Assembly: GCF_009914755.1 (NCBI RefSeq)
Contig: NC_060947.1
DNA length: 64,000 bases
Strand: one strand, 5' to 3'
From: the human T2T-CHM13v2.0 reference genome, Homo sapiens
A program made the translations under genes and the position numbers. Shown here one piece after another: positions 1 through 18,900 of this stretch (position 1 is its first letter; the number at the start of each line of letters is the position of its first letter). The notes below the pieces were generated by a model. That model was not told where the DNA came from. It did no database searches and was given only the letters and a program-made list of their open reading frames with translations.

Positions 1-59
1 CATAGTAAGCTTAACTCCTACTTATCTTTCAAAGCCTTATATGACTTTTGTCACTTTTC

Positions 60-590
60 ATAGATTTTGGAGTTGTAGGGGACCTTAGAAATAATCTACA
101 TTTAGTTCACCTTCATGTCTTTTCCAGAAAGTCATATAGGAGTTATTTCTGCATTTATTCCGATAAGTGATTTTCCAGACTTGCTTAAACCTAATTCTTT
201 CCAAGGCAGCCTGCCCAATATTTAGGCAATTATAAATGTTATGTTCGATTCACTGTAACTTCCATGAAACCTTGTTCTGACCACTAAAGAAATATACAAT
301 AAATTGATTATTTTCTTTAGGTGACAACTTTTCTAGGATTTGAAGATAGCTGTTATATTCTTTAAAATTACATTTTCTCAAGTTAAACATCTCATTTTCC
401 TTAAATTTCCTAACAGGTCAGAGTTTCTAGACTTCCGACTGTCTTTAATACTTTCCAGAGGGCCAATGTCCTGCATAAACTGGCTATAATACTTTAGTCA
501 TTGTCTGACCATACAAGAGTACACTATGACATTTCTCTTCCTTGATTTAAGATTCTATTAGCTTTATGAATAGTCAAACCACCCTATTGG
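60..590 (-). mobile_element. Ancient CR1/L3-like LINE fragment
   Basis: Degenerate similarity to recalled L3 3' region (GGGGACCTTAGAAATAATCTA, TTCCAAGGCAGCC, GATTTGAAGATAGCTGTTAT); boundaries approximate. Confidence 0.5.
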
Positions 591-799
591 CCTCTGTGCC
601 AGTTATCAATTTATTGCCTCTCTATTCTAAATCCACCTTTCGTTGTCTGCTTTTGAAAAAAAATAGATTTTGTTTTATAGATCAGTTTTAGGTTTACAGA
701 AAAATTTAGGAAAAAGTACAGAGAGTTCTTATATATGTCCTCTCCCTTCCATAGATAGTTTTCTCATTATTACCATCATGCATTTGTGTGGTACCTTGG

Positions 800-1340
<541 letters not shown>

Positions 1341-1554
1341 AGTTCTATGGGTTTTGACAAATGCATATCATGTCATGTGTCCACCATTGCAATATCATAC
1401 AAAATAGTTTTACTGCCCTAAAAATTCCCTGTGTTCCACTTACTTATCCCTCTTCTTCTTCCTTTTCCTGCTTGTACCCTGGACAACCACTGATCTTTTT
1501 CCTGTCTCTATGACTTTGCCTTTTTCAGAAAGGCACATAGTTAGAATCATACAG

Positions 1555-2061
1555 TGCTGGGAATAAGCCCCCAAATCTGGCCATAAACTGGCCCCAAAAC
1601 TGGCCATAAACAAAATCTTTGCAGCACTGTGACATGTTCGTGATGGCCATGATGCCCACACTGAAGGTTGTGGGTTTACTGGAATGAGGGCAAGGAACAG
1701 CTGGCCCACCCAGGGCAGAAAACCACTTAAAGGCAGTCCTGAGCCACAAACAATAGCATCAGCAATCTGTGCCTTAAGCACATGTTCCTGCTGCAGATAA
1801 CTAGCCAGAGTCCATCCCTTTGTTTCAGCCCACCCCTTTGTTTCCCGTAAGGAATACTTTTAGTTAATCTATAATCTATAGAAACAATGCTTATCACTGG
1901 CTTGCTGTCAATAAATATGTGGGTAAATCTCTGTTCGGGGCACTCAGCTCTGAAGGCTTTGAGTCCCCTGTTTCCCACTCCACAGGCTATATTTGTGTGT
2001 GTGTCTTTAATTCCTCTAGCACCGCTGGGTTAGGGTCTCCACAACTGAGCTGGTCTCAGCA
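1555..2061 (+). mobile_element. MER9 solo LTR (HERV-K9/HML-3)
   Basis: TG...CA ends, characteristic CTGGCCATAAACTGGCCCCAAAACTGGCCATAAAC, AATAAA near 1910, perfect 6-bp TSD ATACAG (1549-1554 / 2062-2067). Confidence 0.9.
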
Positions 2062-2750
2062 ATACAGTATGTAACCTTTTCAGACTGGCATCTTTTACTT
2101 AGTGATATGCATTAAAGTTCCTGAATATCTTTTTGTGGCTTGATGGCCCATTTCTTTTTATCACTGGAGAATATTTCATTGTATGGATGTACCACAGTTC
2201 ATCTATCCCATCACCTATTAGAGGACATCTTACCACTTTTTTCTTTCATGGATCATGCTTTTGGCATTGTATCTAAAAACTCACTGCCAAACCCAAAGCT
2301 ACATAGATTTTCTCCTATATTATCTTCTAGGAGTTAACAGTTTTGCATTTTACATGTAGGGTCACGATTCATTTTGAGTTAATTTTCGTGAAAGGTGTAA
2401 AGTTAGGGTACAGATTCATTTTCTTGGCTGTGGATGTTCAATTGTTCCAGCACTATTTGTTGGAAAGCAATTCTTTCTCCGCTGAATTGCATTTTCTCCT
2501 TTGTCAAAGATCAGTCTATTCTGACTTATTAATCTCTTTGTTCTTTCACTAACATCACACAATATTACTCTAGATTTATAGTAAGTCTTGAGATCACATA
2601 ATGTCAGTCCTTTGTTTTTTTCTTTTTCTTCAATATTGTGCTGGCTCTACTTGGTCTTTTGCCTCTTCATATGAACGTTTAAATCAGTTTGCCAATAGCC
2701 ACGAAGTAATTTTCTGGGATTTTAACTGGGATTTTGTTGACTCTATAGAT

Positions 2751-2961
2751 CAGGGGTGTCCAATCTTTTAGCTTTCCTGGGCCACAATGGAAGAAGAATT
2801 GTCTTGGGCCACACATAAAATACACTAACACTAACGATAGCTGATGAGCTAAAAAGAATTGCAAACAAATCTCATGTTTTAAGAAAGTTTACTAATTTGT
2901 GTTCAGCCGCATTCAAAGCTGAGTTGCCTGTGGCCTGTGGGCCACGGGTTGGACAAGCTTG
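2751..2961 (+). mobile_element. MER30 hAT-Charlie non-autonomous DNA transposon
   Basis: CAGGGGTGTCCAATC...GGTTGGACAAGCTTG terminal inverted repeats; degenerate 8-bp TSD CTATAGAT/CCGTAGGT. Confidence 0.9.
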
Positions 2962-3434
2962 CCGTAGGTCAAGTTGGGAACATCTTGACAATTTTGAGTC
3001 TTGCTATCCATAAATGTGGAGTATGTCTCCATTTATTTAACTCTTCTTTTATATCTTTCATCAGTTTTGTAGTTTTCCTTATATAAATTTTATAGGTATT
3101 TTGTTAGATTTATGCCTAAGTATATCATTTTTGGTTTTAATGTAAATGGTGTTATATTTTAAATTTCAAATTCCAATTGTTCATTGTGGTGTATAGGAAG
3201 GCAATTGGCTTTTGTATATTAACCTTGTATCCTGAACCTTGCCAAAATCACTTACTAGTTCCAGGAGTTATTTTGTTGTTTCCTTGAGGGTTTTCTACAT
3301 AGATAATTGTGTTGTCTGAGAGCAAAGCAAGTTTTATTTCTTTTGTCCCAATATGTTTACCTCTTCTTATTGCATTAACTAGGACTTCCAGTGTAATGTT
3401 GAATAGCAGTGGTGAGAAGGTATGCTGTTTTTTT

Positions 3435-4240
<806 letters not shown>

Positions 4241-5669
4241 ACTTCTTTCGAGTTTCTAGCTAATTTAAACCCTCAGTATGTTTTTGTTCCTCAACTGAAT
4301 TGCTTTGATTGGATTTGAGGGGAGGAAGAATAGAGTGTAGGAAAGGGAGGCCTAGTCATGCTGGCAGGCATATTGGTTTTTGGCTCTGTGAGGGGCTCAG
4401 GTGTCTTGGCTGGCTAGGTTGGTGTGATGTGGGCAGGACTAACTGGCATGTGGAGCAAATGGGATCTGGCATTCTTAAGAACCCTTCCCTCAGGATCCTA
4501 TATTAGAGATGTGGCTGAGACAGGAGGTTTGAGAGGTGGTGAGCTAGAAGTAATCAACGAGGAAGAGCCTTTTTAATTACTGGCTCAAAGAAAATGGAAC
4601 TGATTAGTGAGTCCAAATGGGGTTAGGGCCCCTGGTTAAATCCTGAGAAGCATCCGGGGAAGCTATGGTGTTCCATCTGCTCTGGCCTTTAAGCTGCTGG
4701 TTGCCTTGTTGATGGCCAGGAAAAGAGAAGCTTCACAGCCCTGAGGGATTTTATCCTTCTGATAAGCAGACAAACTATAGATACTTATATGATATTGTTT
4801 AAACATTATAATAAGACACAATATATTAGGAAATGGTTTGTATAAACTGTACATATCAATTGTTAATATAAATGACTTGCATTATGAGTTTGTTTTCCTT
4901 GGTGTGTACGCTTGCTCATCCCTGGGGATGTGGATGAGCAAAGTGTTATGTTCCACAGCTTTGCTCCTGCTGGCAATGGCACAGGTGCAGAACTGTGGGC
5001 AGGATGAATCAAACAACGATTACATCACTGCCGCCTGTGCTCAGCTCGGATTGCCGTCAGTGGAGGAAATAGAATTCATTAGTTTTCTTTCAGGGCACAT
5101 GTAAACATGTGGGTTTCAAAGAGTGTATAATGGCAGCAAGGAGAAATGGATAAGCTTAGCTTTTCCTTTCCCTGAGCAGCTTTGGCAAAACATGAACTGA
5201 TAAGCATTTGGAAGCACTATCTTTGTTAGTAGATATTTGAGAAGAAGGTATCACTATGGCATAATGCTCTGTTGATAACTAATCACAATTTTAATTCTCT
5301 CCTAGGAAGATTGATAAAATAATATTGATTTGTTAAAGAATCCATAATGCTATAAATGCTCACAGAAAACATGACCAAATACTCCAACAACAATTTTAAA
5401 GAAGTCAGATAATAATAAAATGCACAAAATCACTTTCCTGACACATATGATTAGTTAGCTAGTGTGGTGAGCTCAAAGCCTCTGTTTTTCATATTTATTT
5501 TCCTTTTGGTATTGGCTGTGATAATGCCATTTGACACATGTGGGGCTCTGGAGTGATGATAGAGCACTTCATTTGGAGAAAAATACAGGCTCTTTAAAAA
5601 ATATTAATTCCTCCAGGGTTCCTGAGATGAAGGGGGTGCAGGAGCAAGCTTAAGCCCAGTTCTAGCTTC

Positions 5670-5790
5670 TTATATGCCAAACTAGACTGATCCTGGAGAT
5701 TCCGGTTGGAATTCTGTGATGAGACTCGAGAATCTGTGTTTTTAACAAGCACCCAAGTTGCAAACTTGATTCTGCTAGTTTGGACAACAT
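5670..5790. mobile_element. MER5-like DNA transposon fragment
   Basis: GAGAATCTGTGTTTTTAACAAGCACCCAAG resembles MER5 core. Confidence 0.45.
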
Positions 5791-6307
5791 CACTTATGTG
5801 TATATTCAAAAGCAAAGTTTATTTTTAATGTACTCAGATTTCCTTCTTGTCCAGCTTGATTTAGGTTGACATGATTCACCTACATGAATGTGAATATATA
5901 CACATAGGCTTGGGAATACAGGTCTCAGCATTTGGGAGAAAACATTTAAAAAAAAAGCTCCCTGTATTGAATTGAGCAGCTGAAAGGCAAACACCTGGCC
6001 TTTTATCTCCAATTATGCTGCTTGGGCTGGTAGAGTGTTTGGGATAAAACGTATTTACACCAAAAACAATCCTTCTTGCTTCTTCCTGGTCTATACCTCT
6101 TTTCCTTCTTTAAAACATAATATTTATTGATTTTTTTTCTAATTACAAAAATAATTCATGGTCAATGCCACAAATCCCAAGAACAAAGAAAAAAAAACCA
6201 AAAGTCTATAATTTCACCACTTGGAAATAATCTTACTATATGTTTTCTGAAGATGCGGTGATATATGATTCTCGGGGTTTATAATTACAATACATCATGA
6301 CCACTTA

Positions 6308-7820
<1,513 letters not shown>

Positions 7821-8148
7821 ACAATTCAAACTTCTTGCTAATTTACATAGATATCCTTAGGAATTATTTCAAAATAGAGACTACTGGCTAAATATGGTTT
7901 TACTACTTTCAATCTATACTTACTATGCTTGAAATACAAAATTGTTTAAGGTGACTTTGTTTTTGCTTCTGAAGATTAGAAAACTGTAATTAAGTTTAAT
8001 AAGAGATATCAGTATATCCATTCACTAGCTCTCTGATATGTAAGATATGACTATTCTTTTTCACATGACTCATAAAGTAGCTTCTAGGAAATTCCAGAAA
8101 ATGACTTTCAAAAATGTTTGAGCAATGATAACATCATTAATGTAATGA

Positions 8149-8388
<240 letters not shown>

Positions 8389-9369
8389 TAATAGAAGTGA
8401 AATGGAATAATTCCACTTTGTATTATCTTTGCTATGTGGGTATACAAATCTATGTAAAATTGAACAACAAACCAACCCTCACAAAGGTAAGGGTTCTTAC
8501 TATTTCCTCATGAATGAAATTTTTATGACTAGGTCATTGGATAATCAACTATTGGCCTGAATAAGCCACCTAGCATATTATGTAGCGGTATGTACTAAAG
8601 CTGAAATAATACATTCCTAAGTTTTAAAATACTTGCTTCTCGTGCCTTACAAATGCAGAAATAGTACTGGAGTGACCTGTGTTTCCTGAATCTAATTCCT
8701 GTACTATAGCTTTATAAATATTCTCTGGTGCTTACAAATACAGCAGGAGAAGGAACTGCCTAAACAGAAACACTGAGCTGGGCAGTAGGATTCGCCAGGA
8801 TGATCCAAGTATTTACATGTAGCTATCATCATGAAAAATGTCAGAACTCCTCTGAGTCACCCACCGTCTGGAATAATGAGTGCTAGTGCCTTCTAATTCA
8901 GACACAGTTGTAAGAACACCAACAGGTGTCCTTTTATTTTGTATCTATTGTTGCCTAATGGGGATAAAAATGATTATTGAGCATCTGCCAACCTGATAAT
9001 ATACTACAATTATCCTAACCATGTAACACCTATCAGCCCTTTAACAGGGGTGTAAGTGGAATACATCCAGGTAAAAGTAGCTTAAATCTCCCAGTAGTTT
9101 TAGGATATATTTCATTATTTTGAGTTCCTTCTTAGAAATAACAAAAAGGGAAAAGTGTATTTTTCCTCTTTAGGCCAAACTTGGACATATTAAAATACAT
9201 ATTTGTTTGATTTGAAAAAAATTATTATTCTAAACCATTACCATCTTGTCATGTTGGTCCTGAAGATTAAAAATGGCTCAAAGTTTAAATGTTCCTTTGC
9301 CTAAGGTATTTCTAGTACAGTTTTATTCTCTGCTATTATATTTCTAAAAGTACTTACTATTGTAGATCT

Positions 9370-10503
9370 ATTTTTCCCATTTTTATGGTAAAATACACAT
9401 AAAATTTACCATCTGAACCATTTTTAAGTGTACAGTGGTATTGGTATTAAATAGTTATAATATTGTGCAACCATCACCACTATTCACCACCTTAACACTT
9501 TTCATGTTCTAAGACTGAAACTCTATACCCATTAAACAATCACTCCCCATTTCTCCCTCCCCCTGCCCCTTGGCACCATTCTACTGTCTGTCATAATTTT
9601 GTCTACTCTAAGTACTTCATTAAGAGAATCACACGGTATTTTTGTTTTTGTGAATAGCTTATTTCATTTAGCATAATATCCTCTAGGTTCATCCATGTGG
9701 TAGCATTATGTCAGAAATTCAGTCCTTTTAAGGCTGAATAATATTCCATTGTAGGTATTTTGCTTACCAATTCATCCAACAATGGGCAGATGGATTGCTT
9801 CCATGTTTTAGTCATTGCGAATAATGCTGCTATAAACATGGATGCACGAAATCTCTTTGAGACCCTGCCTTCAATTTGTTTTGGTACATACACAAAAGTA
9901 GAACTGAGAGATCATATGATAATACTATTTTTAGTGTTTTGGGGAGCTGCCACCATGTGTAAAAGTGGTTGTACCATTTTACATTCTTAGAAACAACGCT
10001 CAAGGGTTCTAATTTCTCCACATCCTCACCAACACTTGTTATTTTCTGCTTTTTTTTAAATAGTAGCCATCCTAATGGGTGTGAGGCAATATCTCATTGA
10101 GTTTTGATTTGCATTTGCCTAATTGGTATTGTTGAACATCTTTTCATGTGCTTAATGGCCATTTGTATAGCTTCTTTGAAGAAATATCTTTTCAAGTCCT
10201 TTGCCTATTTTTGAATTGAGTTATTTGGGGTTTTTTGGTTGAGTTTTAGCAGTTCTCTGTATATTTTTGGATATTACTCCCTTATCAGATACATGATTTG
10301 AAAATATTTTCTCCTGTTCTGTGGGTTGCCTTTTTATGCTGTTGATATTATTTTTTGATGTACAAAATGTTTTCATTTCATGAAGCCCAATTTATCTATT
10401 TCTTCTGTTGTTGCTTGTGCCTTTTGTATCATATCCAGAAAATGACTGCCAAATCCAATATCATAGAGCTTTTGCTCTATATTTTCTTCTAAGAGTTTTA
10501 TGG
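9370..10503 (-). mobile_element. L1MB-type 3' UTR and ORF2 C-terminal remnant
   Basis: Antisense L1MB 3' end (AAAATTTACCATCTGAACCATTTTTAAGTGTACAG); ORF-track fragment SMFIAALFAMTKTWKQ. Confidence 0.85.
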
Positions 10504-11428
10504 TCCAGTTTCATGAAGGGAGGAGCACCCAGATTTCATGCCACCACACAAGCCCACACCACATTCTTCTCTGTGTTCTGACATTGAGGGGTCCTCCCCT
10601 GCTAGAGATTAGACCACAAGTCTCATCTCTATACCCCTGGGCAGTGGGCTCATGTCCTGGGGAACCAGGACAAGGCCAGTGGATTTCTCCTCTGGCCCCT
10701 CAGGCTCAAGCACTGGATATGGTAGGGAGGAGAGAACTGCTCCCAGGTCACCAACAAAATACTTAGGCAGGGCAATAGAATGTATGCTGTGGAGATTCCC
10801 TGCAGAAACAGCCAGGCAGGTGATCTTGGGAAGAACTGGCAGGTATGAGACATATGGTTCAGATGCACCTTAGTCCTGCAGCAATGGTGGTGGAGCCTGT
10901 CTATGGGGCATATGAGTGTGCCTGGGCCCTGATCACTTCTCAGCGTAGCAGACAGCAGTGTCTGCAGCTGCTTAGGGCAGGATAGAGAGCCTTAGGGGGT
11001 GGGAGCCCAGCGTCATGCTTTGCTGCAACTGTCCAGTACACTAAAACTTTTTGGGGTCCACGTGACTTCAAGCAGTGCCTCCGTGTGGTCTCCAGGTATC
11101 TCCCTCTGCCAATGCAAAGGTCTGTGGTAGTCATGGAACTCTCCTGTAGCTAGGAACTCAGGTTCATGATGGGAATGTGGTGCTGTGGTGTTCCTTCACT
11201 TACCTTTCCTTGGGTCCAGGTCTAGGTCTGGTGGCTGGTCCTGGCACCCAGCAGCAACTCTGAGCGGGCAGCCTCTCTTTAACCATGGTCTCTTCCATTG
11301 CCTCTTTGTTGAATTTCAGTGCTTTCTCACAAAAGGTCTGTTTGACGTGTGAAGATTTGTTGATATTTTGGTTCCTCTGCATGGAAGAGGCACAACCTAG
11401 CTATATCTAGCCAGCTATCTTGAATTCT
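10504..11428 (-). mobile_element. Old L1M 5' UTR fragment
   Basis: GC-richer block ending in reverse complement of an L1M start (TTCAAGATAGCTGGCTAGA); resembles the 5' UTR at 30400-30708. Confidence 0.6.
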
Positions 11429-11699
11429 AGGTAAGTGTAGAATGTAGCTTCAGAAAATTCATTCATTGGCCTTTAATATTAATTATGATAGAGTATCTCT
11501 ATTTTATGAAATTAACCCAAAAGTCTGTAAATTGTAAATAATATTGAGAATGACCAACAGTTAACTAGAATTAAACTGTTAGTATATAATTTATAGGCTT
11601 ATCCTCTCATTATTAATTAACTTAACATGGTCGTCTTCTTTGCCCCATAGTTTATAAAGGTAGACAATATAAAAGTCTTTCTTAATGTTACATGTCCAC

Positions 11700-11965
11700 A
11701 TATTATGCTATGTGAAATAAGCCTGTCACAAAAAGAAAAATGTATGATTCCACTTATATGAAGTATATAAAGTCGTCAAATTCATAAAAACAGAGTAGAA
11801 TGGTGGCTACCAGGGGCTGGAAATGGGGGAAACAAGGAATTATTGTTTAATAAATATAGATTTCTGAATTGAAAGATGAAAAAATTCCAGAAATCTCTTT
11901 CATAAAAATGTGAATATTTTTAACACTACTGTACTATACACTTAAAAATGCTTAAGGTGGTTAAA
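11700..11965 (+). mobile_element. L1MB-type 3' fragment
   Basis: ATTATGCTATGTGAAATAAGCC...GTATGATTCCACTTATATGA...TACACTTAAAAATG. Confidence 0.8.
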
Positions 11966-12140
11966 ACATAGTTACAAGCTCATCACATCAAGAAAATAAT
12001 TGTATCACACTAGTCTTTTAGGAAGATAATTAGTCTATCTAATGATATTCCAATAAGCAAAATTATCAGAGTAATGTTACCAAAAAATACTGTTTTAAAT
12101 GACAGTGAAGTATAATTTTAAAGGAATAGGATGCCAATAC

Positions 12141-12695
<555 letters not shown>

Positions 12696-13639
12696 AATAC
12701 TTTCTATTATTTTCACACTCCCAAAGACAACTGGTAATATGAAGTCACTTTCTCAAAGACTGTGTATTATAGTTCAACCAATTACATTTCCCACTTGAAA
12801 ATACATGTTAAAGGCACAGTGATAAATAAGGCAGGGAAATTATTTCCAGCCAATGTTTACAGGGGCTGCAAACAAGCATCTAGGAATAGAGCAATACTGC
12901 CTGAATTACCTGCTTTATCTTTGCACTAAGTGATAGCCAGAAAGCCTATAAGAACTAGTGCCTAATTCATAAGTAAATAATTCAATTGATGTGAAAGCTC
13001 TTTGAAGGTATATAAAAAATTAGTATTATTAAAAGGCTGCTATAAAATGCTAATCCCATTGTAGGAAAAACTTACTACTATTATTCATTTTTGACAAATT
13101 AATGCATTTCTGGGAAACTGTAATAGCTTTTGTATTGGTCTTAGATCCCTATTTTCTACTCCTCTGTCTTCCTACTAGGTCCCACTCTGATCAGGGTAAG
13201 AAAAGGTGTAAAAGGTTTTAGAATATTGGAAGGAGATTTTCTATGAGAAGTATAGTAATTCTGATGTGAGATGAAGCTTCTCTATGACAAGAATGGCAAT
13301 ACAGTGAGGTAATTGTAACCATCTAAACTAGAATTCATTTACATTACATGGCTTATAAAAACTATAAAGATCAAAAAGAAGAAAATAGAAAGCCACAAAA
13401 GTCCCATGCTGTCATTGCTAGAAGACAATGTACTTTGAAAATAGATCCAGAATGATCAATTCCAAAATATACTGAAGTAAAATTAATACACATTTTTTAA
13501 AATAAAGAAAATTTAGCATTTCCTCTAGGCAAAAATAAACTTACAATGATTTCTTATTCAAAACCAAACCAAACCAAACTAAAATGACTTGGTAACACAT
13601 TCTGTTGTTATGGTTGTAGGGAAAGAGACCCTCTCATTT

Positions 13640-13875
13640 TCCCAAGGCTAAGATCCTATCGGTTTTTTCCATGTCAACTCTGATGTCACCTCCTCAGAGT
13701 GGCTTTCCTTGACTACCCAATCCAAAGAATCTTAAGATGTGTTGTTAATTTCTTTACTTATTATTTCTTGCCCCTATCCCAGACAGTAAGCTCATTGGAG
13801 ACAGGGGCCTTATCAGTCTTGTTAGATGCTGCATTCCCATAATAAATGCTTAACAACTCTACGATGAATGATGGA
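13640..13875 (+). mobile_element. L2 3' fragment
   Basis: GATGTCACCTCCTCAGAG...AGTAAGCTC...GAATGA L2-like end. Confidence 0.55.
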
Positions 13876-14067
13876 TATCTAAAGGTTAAAAAAAAAAAAC
13901 CTCTTTAGAGAAAAAAATAGGTATCTAAGATATGACAACTTTAGAAGAAAAAATATTTATAAATTCTAAACATACAGATTCTTTTGAAATTCTAAGGGCA
14001 GTTTGATATACATCAGCATTTCTTAAGATATGAAAATGTAGCAGGAGTGAACTTCTAGTTTGTATAG

Positions 14068-15375
<1,308 letters not shown>

Positions 15376-16584
15376 ATGTCCAACAAATCAGGTAGAACTG
15401 CAGGAAGGCTACTCCTGTGATATGGGCCTTGTGCCCTGACATTCACCATAGTCTCCATCACTTCCTAATGCTTCCTGACATACAGGCCTGGGATCAGTTG
15501 TCATTTATCATCTAGTATCGGGCCTGAGTTTGAAATCCTTGATGTAAGTCCTTCTAAGGATTTTGGTTTTAACATTAAGGTCAATGAGGATGGTTTTAAG
15601 CAGGGGAGTGACATGGTATGAGGTCATGGAAATTTGACTGGCTTGCAGGGGATAGTATTCTGCTCCTGTAAAGATAATGTGCTCATTGGCACACAGTTAC
15701 TTCTTCCAAGCTAGAAGTAGTGGTTATTTGCTGTCTGGCAGGTCTGTGATTCTCCCCCTTCACTTTTTGGCCAGAAAAGAGTACCACTGTTTCTAATTTC
15801 CCTCAATCAGACTATTTTGTGTATTTGTCTACTGAGTGTGATTTTTCTGTCACCTGGAGCTGCATCACATTGTGGAAAACTGGGCTATTGGACTCATGTG
15901 GCTGTGTAAACACCAGAGGTTGGTGCACAGAGCCCCTCAGATTGCCAAAAATATGAATTAGTTGATGATACTGTTCCCAACGTCTTCCTCACTATTCTCC
16001 CGCATGGCCTAGCTTTTTAGATCCAGCTATTAAACAGTGAGGTGACAAAAATAAAATTAATATGACAGAATGACAGCCTCACTTTTGGTAGAACTAGATG
16101 ATGCAAATGCCCTTAATTAGATTCAATTCCATATGCCTAGAGAGTAAACTCTTCTTCTAAAAGATAGAATACTAATGTCTTGCATTGATGAAGGGCCTTT
16201 CATCTGGGAGTTTTCTCGCAGGGTTTACAGACCAGTATGGCACAGTAAAAGCAAAGCAAAGACAACATCAACCACAAATGGAATGCAACAACTGCTTAAT
16301 GGTCTATGACAAGACAGTAGACCAGGAGCTATAAGAAGCTGTTAAAAACATTGTTAATATTTCTCTAGAATAGAAAGTGTTATTTGATACAAAAAATCAA
16401 ATTTTAACAAAAATAAATTCCTGGAGCCTAAGAGCTAGCTGTTTTAAACTCTGAGGACAGAACGAGTAGTCTTCCAATGTGTCAGGATATTTTTATACTT
16501 GATCTTTGAAGGTGATTAGAGAGTTTATCTCAATGTCTTTAAAGAATGGCTAGGGGGAAGGGGAACACTAAGATATATCTAATC

Positions 16585-16780
16585 CCTCAACATGCCAATC
16601 CTTACAATGATACTGTGAGGTATATATTATTAGGGATATTATAGAGATGAGAAAATTGAAGTTCAGAGAAGATGAGGAATTTACCCAAGATAACTCAGTT
16701 ACTGGTGAAACTAGAATTCAAATTAGGTCTGTCTGTTTGATTTCAAGCACATATTTTTTTCCTACTCTGCCATATTACTA
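16585..16780 (-). mobile_element. MIR fragment
   Basis: ATAGAGATGAGAAAATTGAAGTTCAGAGAAG MIR core. Confidence 0.65.
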
Positions 16781-18289
16781 TTCACAGAAGCTTTTGACAC
16801 TTCTTGTGTCCAAAAATAGACAGTGTGTTTTCTATGTAACAGGTCTTTTGTCTGCCCCATAAAAAAATTAGATTTAATTTCGTGGAAACATATGGAAGAG
16901 CTGGTCCTGTCACATCTCCATCTGCTTCCTAAACTAACACTGACTTGTGTCCCCCCAAATGCTGCACATATGGTTTCTGCCTTCTCCTTACTGCAGGGTA
17001 AGTTCCTTGCCTTACCAAGGGCACTTTTCCTAAGCTATTCAAGTGTTTGTTAATGTGGCTTGTTGACTTGGAGTGTGACTTACAGTTCCAACATTGCTCT
17101 TATCATTCTTGCAGAGGTGCTAGGGTTCTAATGCAAACTGTTCCTTGCCTCCCTATCCCAGGGCTATAGAGATTCTTGGCTGCTGTCTACTGGTTATCTT
17201 CCATAAGGAGTATTAAGTTGGTTAGTAACCTTTTCTTGCCACCCCACCCTCTCCCAGAATGTATATTCTAAAGTAATTTACTTTTACCTTTATAAGGCAA
17301 CCAACAAGCTTATTCTGCTTTTCTTACCATCTCCCCTTCTTCCTTCAAAATGGATAGCTTTATTATCGCTACATCACCAAAGCATATAATGATTACATGC
17401 TATCCTGTCACCTTTATTCCCATGTAAAGGAGAAAATGTTTAAAAATCCAATATCTTTGCATATTAAATTAAATGTTTTCCTCTTCTGTTACTCATGTTT
17501 AAGTGAAGTAAATGTACCTGTACTTTTGCAAGGAGCTGCCTGACGGTTCAACCAGAATAGTTGCCCAGACTTCAAAGCTCTTGGGGCTCCCCCTTCTATG
17601 GTTACTTTGAAATATTTAAAGAACATGGTAGAACTAAACAATGTAGCTTGGTGCAGCTGTTTCTTCATTTATTCTGAAAATTTCCTTTATTGGCTTCCCC
17701 TGCTTCCACCCCCTTGAATCTGGATGGACTATCTCTTTCTTTTTCTTTTTTTCCCCTTTTTATAAACCCTAGAGTTCCTACCTTGGGGTATGTACTCAGT
17801 GCAGAGTTCTTTACTTTCTCAGAGAGCCTCTGGGACCAGGCTGTCCAGCAACTGAAATCTCCCTGCAGCCCTCCTGCACTCACCTCAGGTTGGGGGCTGA
17901 GAAGCCACCTCCTGTTTCAACTGTTTTTCTGGGAGTGGCTCAGTGAGCTTTCCATTCCCATCAAGGACTCCTCCTCTTCATGGTGATGACTTGTTGGTAA
18001 TTTCTGAGTTCCTTAGCTCTTAGGACCATCAAAAATCTCTATCTTCCCTCCTTTTTCACAGAGCTCCCACATTCTCCTTACATCCGTCTTGTATTCTGGA
18101 TTTGAGGGATTCGTTTGTCACTTTGTTTGTCAATGATATTGTCTTTGAATTAATTTTTATTTGTTTTCATATACTACCCTAGTTCCTTTTTCTACTTTTG
18201 GGAGGAGCTTAGGGAGATTAAAAATCTACTGTCTTTCCCACACCTTGCTAAAGGATGCTAACTTATTTATTTGTCTCCCTCCTTCTGCC

Positions 18290-18900
18290 CTCACCCCCGC
18301 AGTCTATTTTTGACCCTGAATGAGCCTGCTAAAACTAAGTTAGACCGTCTTTGCTGAAAACTCTTCAATGACTTTCAGCCGGAATCAGATAAAAGCCTGG
18401 ATTCTTGTAGGCTCAATAGGGTCTCCATGAGCTGGTCCTTTATTACCTCTCTTACCTCCTCTCCTACTACTCTTTCCCTTGCTCACTCTGCCTCTTCATT
18501 CTTTTACCAAAAATCTGGCATATTTCAAACTTGGGGATTTTGTATTTGCTGTTACCTCCATCTTGAATGATCTTCCCTAAGACAGCCAATTGGTCCACTT
18601 CCTCAGTTGCTTCTGGCCTTTTTTCAAATGTTACCTTCTCTTTGAAGCCTTCTGTCCCCATCTTATCTGAAATGGCACACTCCATGCCATTTGCTAGGCC
18701 CTTCTCTGTTGACTATTTCCTCCTTAGTACCTACCACTTTCTAACCTACTATACCTTTTACTTATTATTTTGTTCATGACCTGTCTCCACACTACACAAA
18801 GATTAATGTCTATTTGATTTATTGCTGTATTTCCAGCCTTAAGAAAAATTTTTGACCCATAGTAGGTACGTAATAAACATCAGTCGATGAATTAATAAGG
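18290..18900 (+). mobile_element. L2 3' region
   Basis: Pyrimidine-rich L2-like sequence, CAAATGTTACCTTCTC, CATAGTAGGTACGTAATAAACATC end. Confidence 0.65.

Noticed and set aside
4932-4952. GGATGAGCAAAG resembling miR-1255
   Set aside because: Only 12 nt match, hairpin too short for a typical pre-miRNA and no surrounding Tigger sequence recognised
4838-5104. ORF with signal-peptide-like stretch (ALLLLAMAQ)
   Set aside because: Short, no promoter, poly(A) or family evidence; compatible with chance
5093-5113. Possible p53 site with two CATG cores
   Set aside because: Cores are 4 nt apart rather than 6 and flanks do not fit RRRCWWGYYY twice
11425-11438. TTCTAGGTAAGTGT also present at about 61127-61140
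   Set aside because: A single 14-mer with unrelated flanks; both are donor-like but no pairing acceptor was identified for the first
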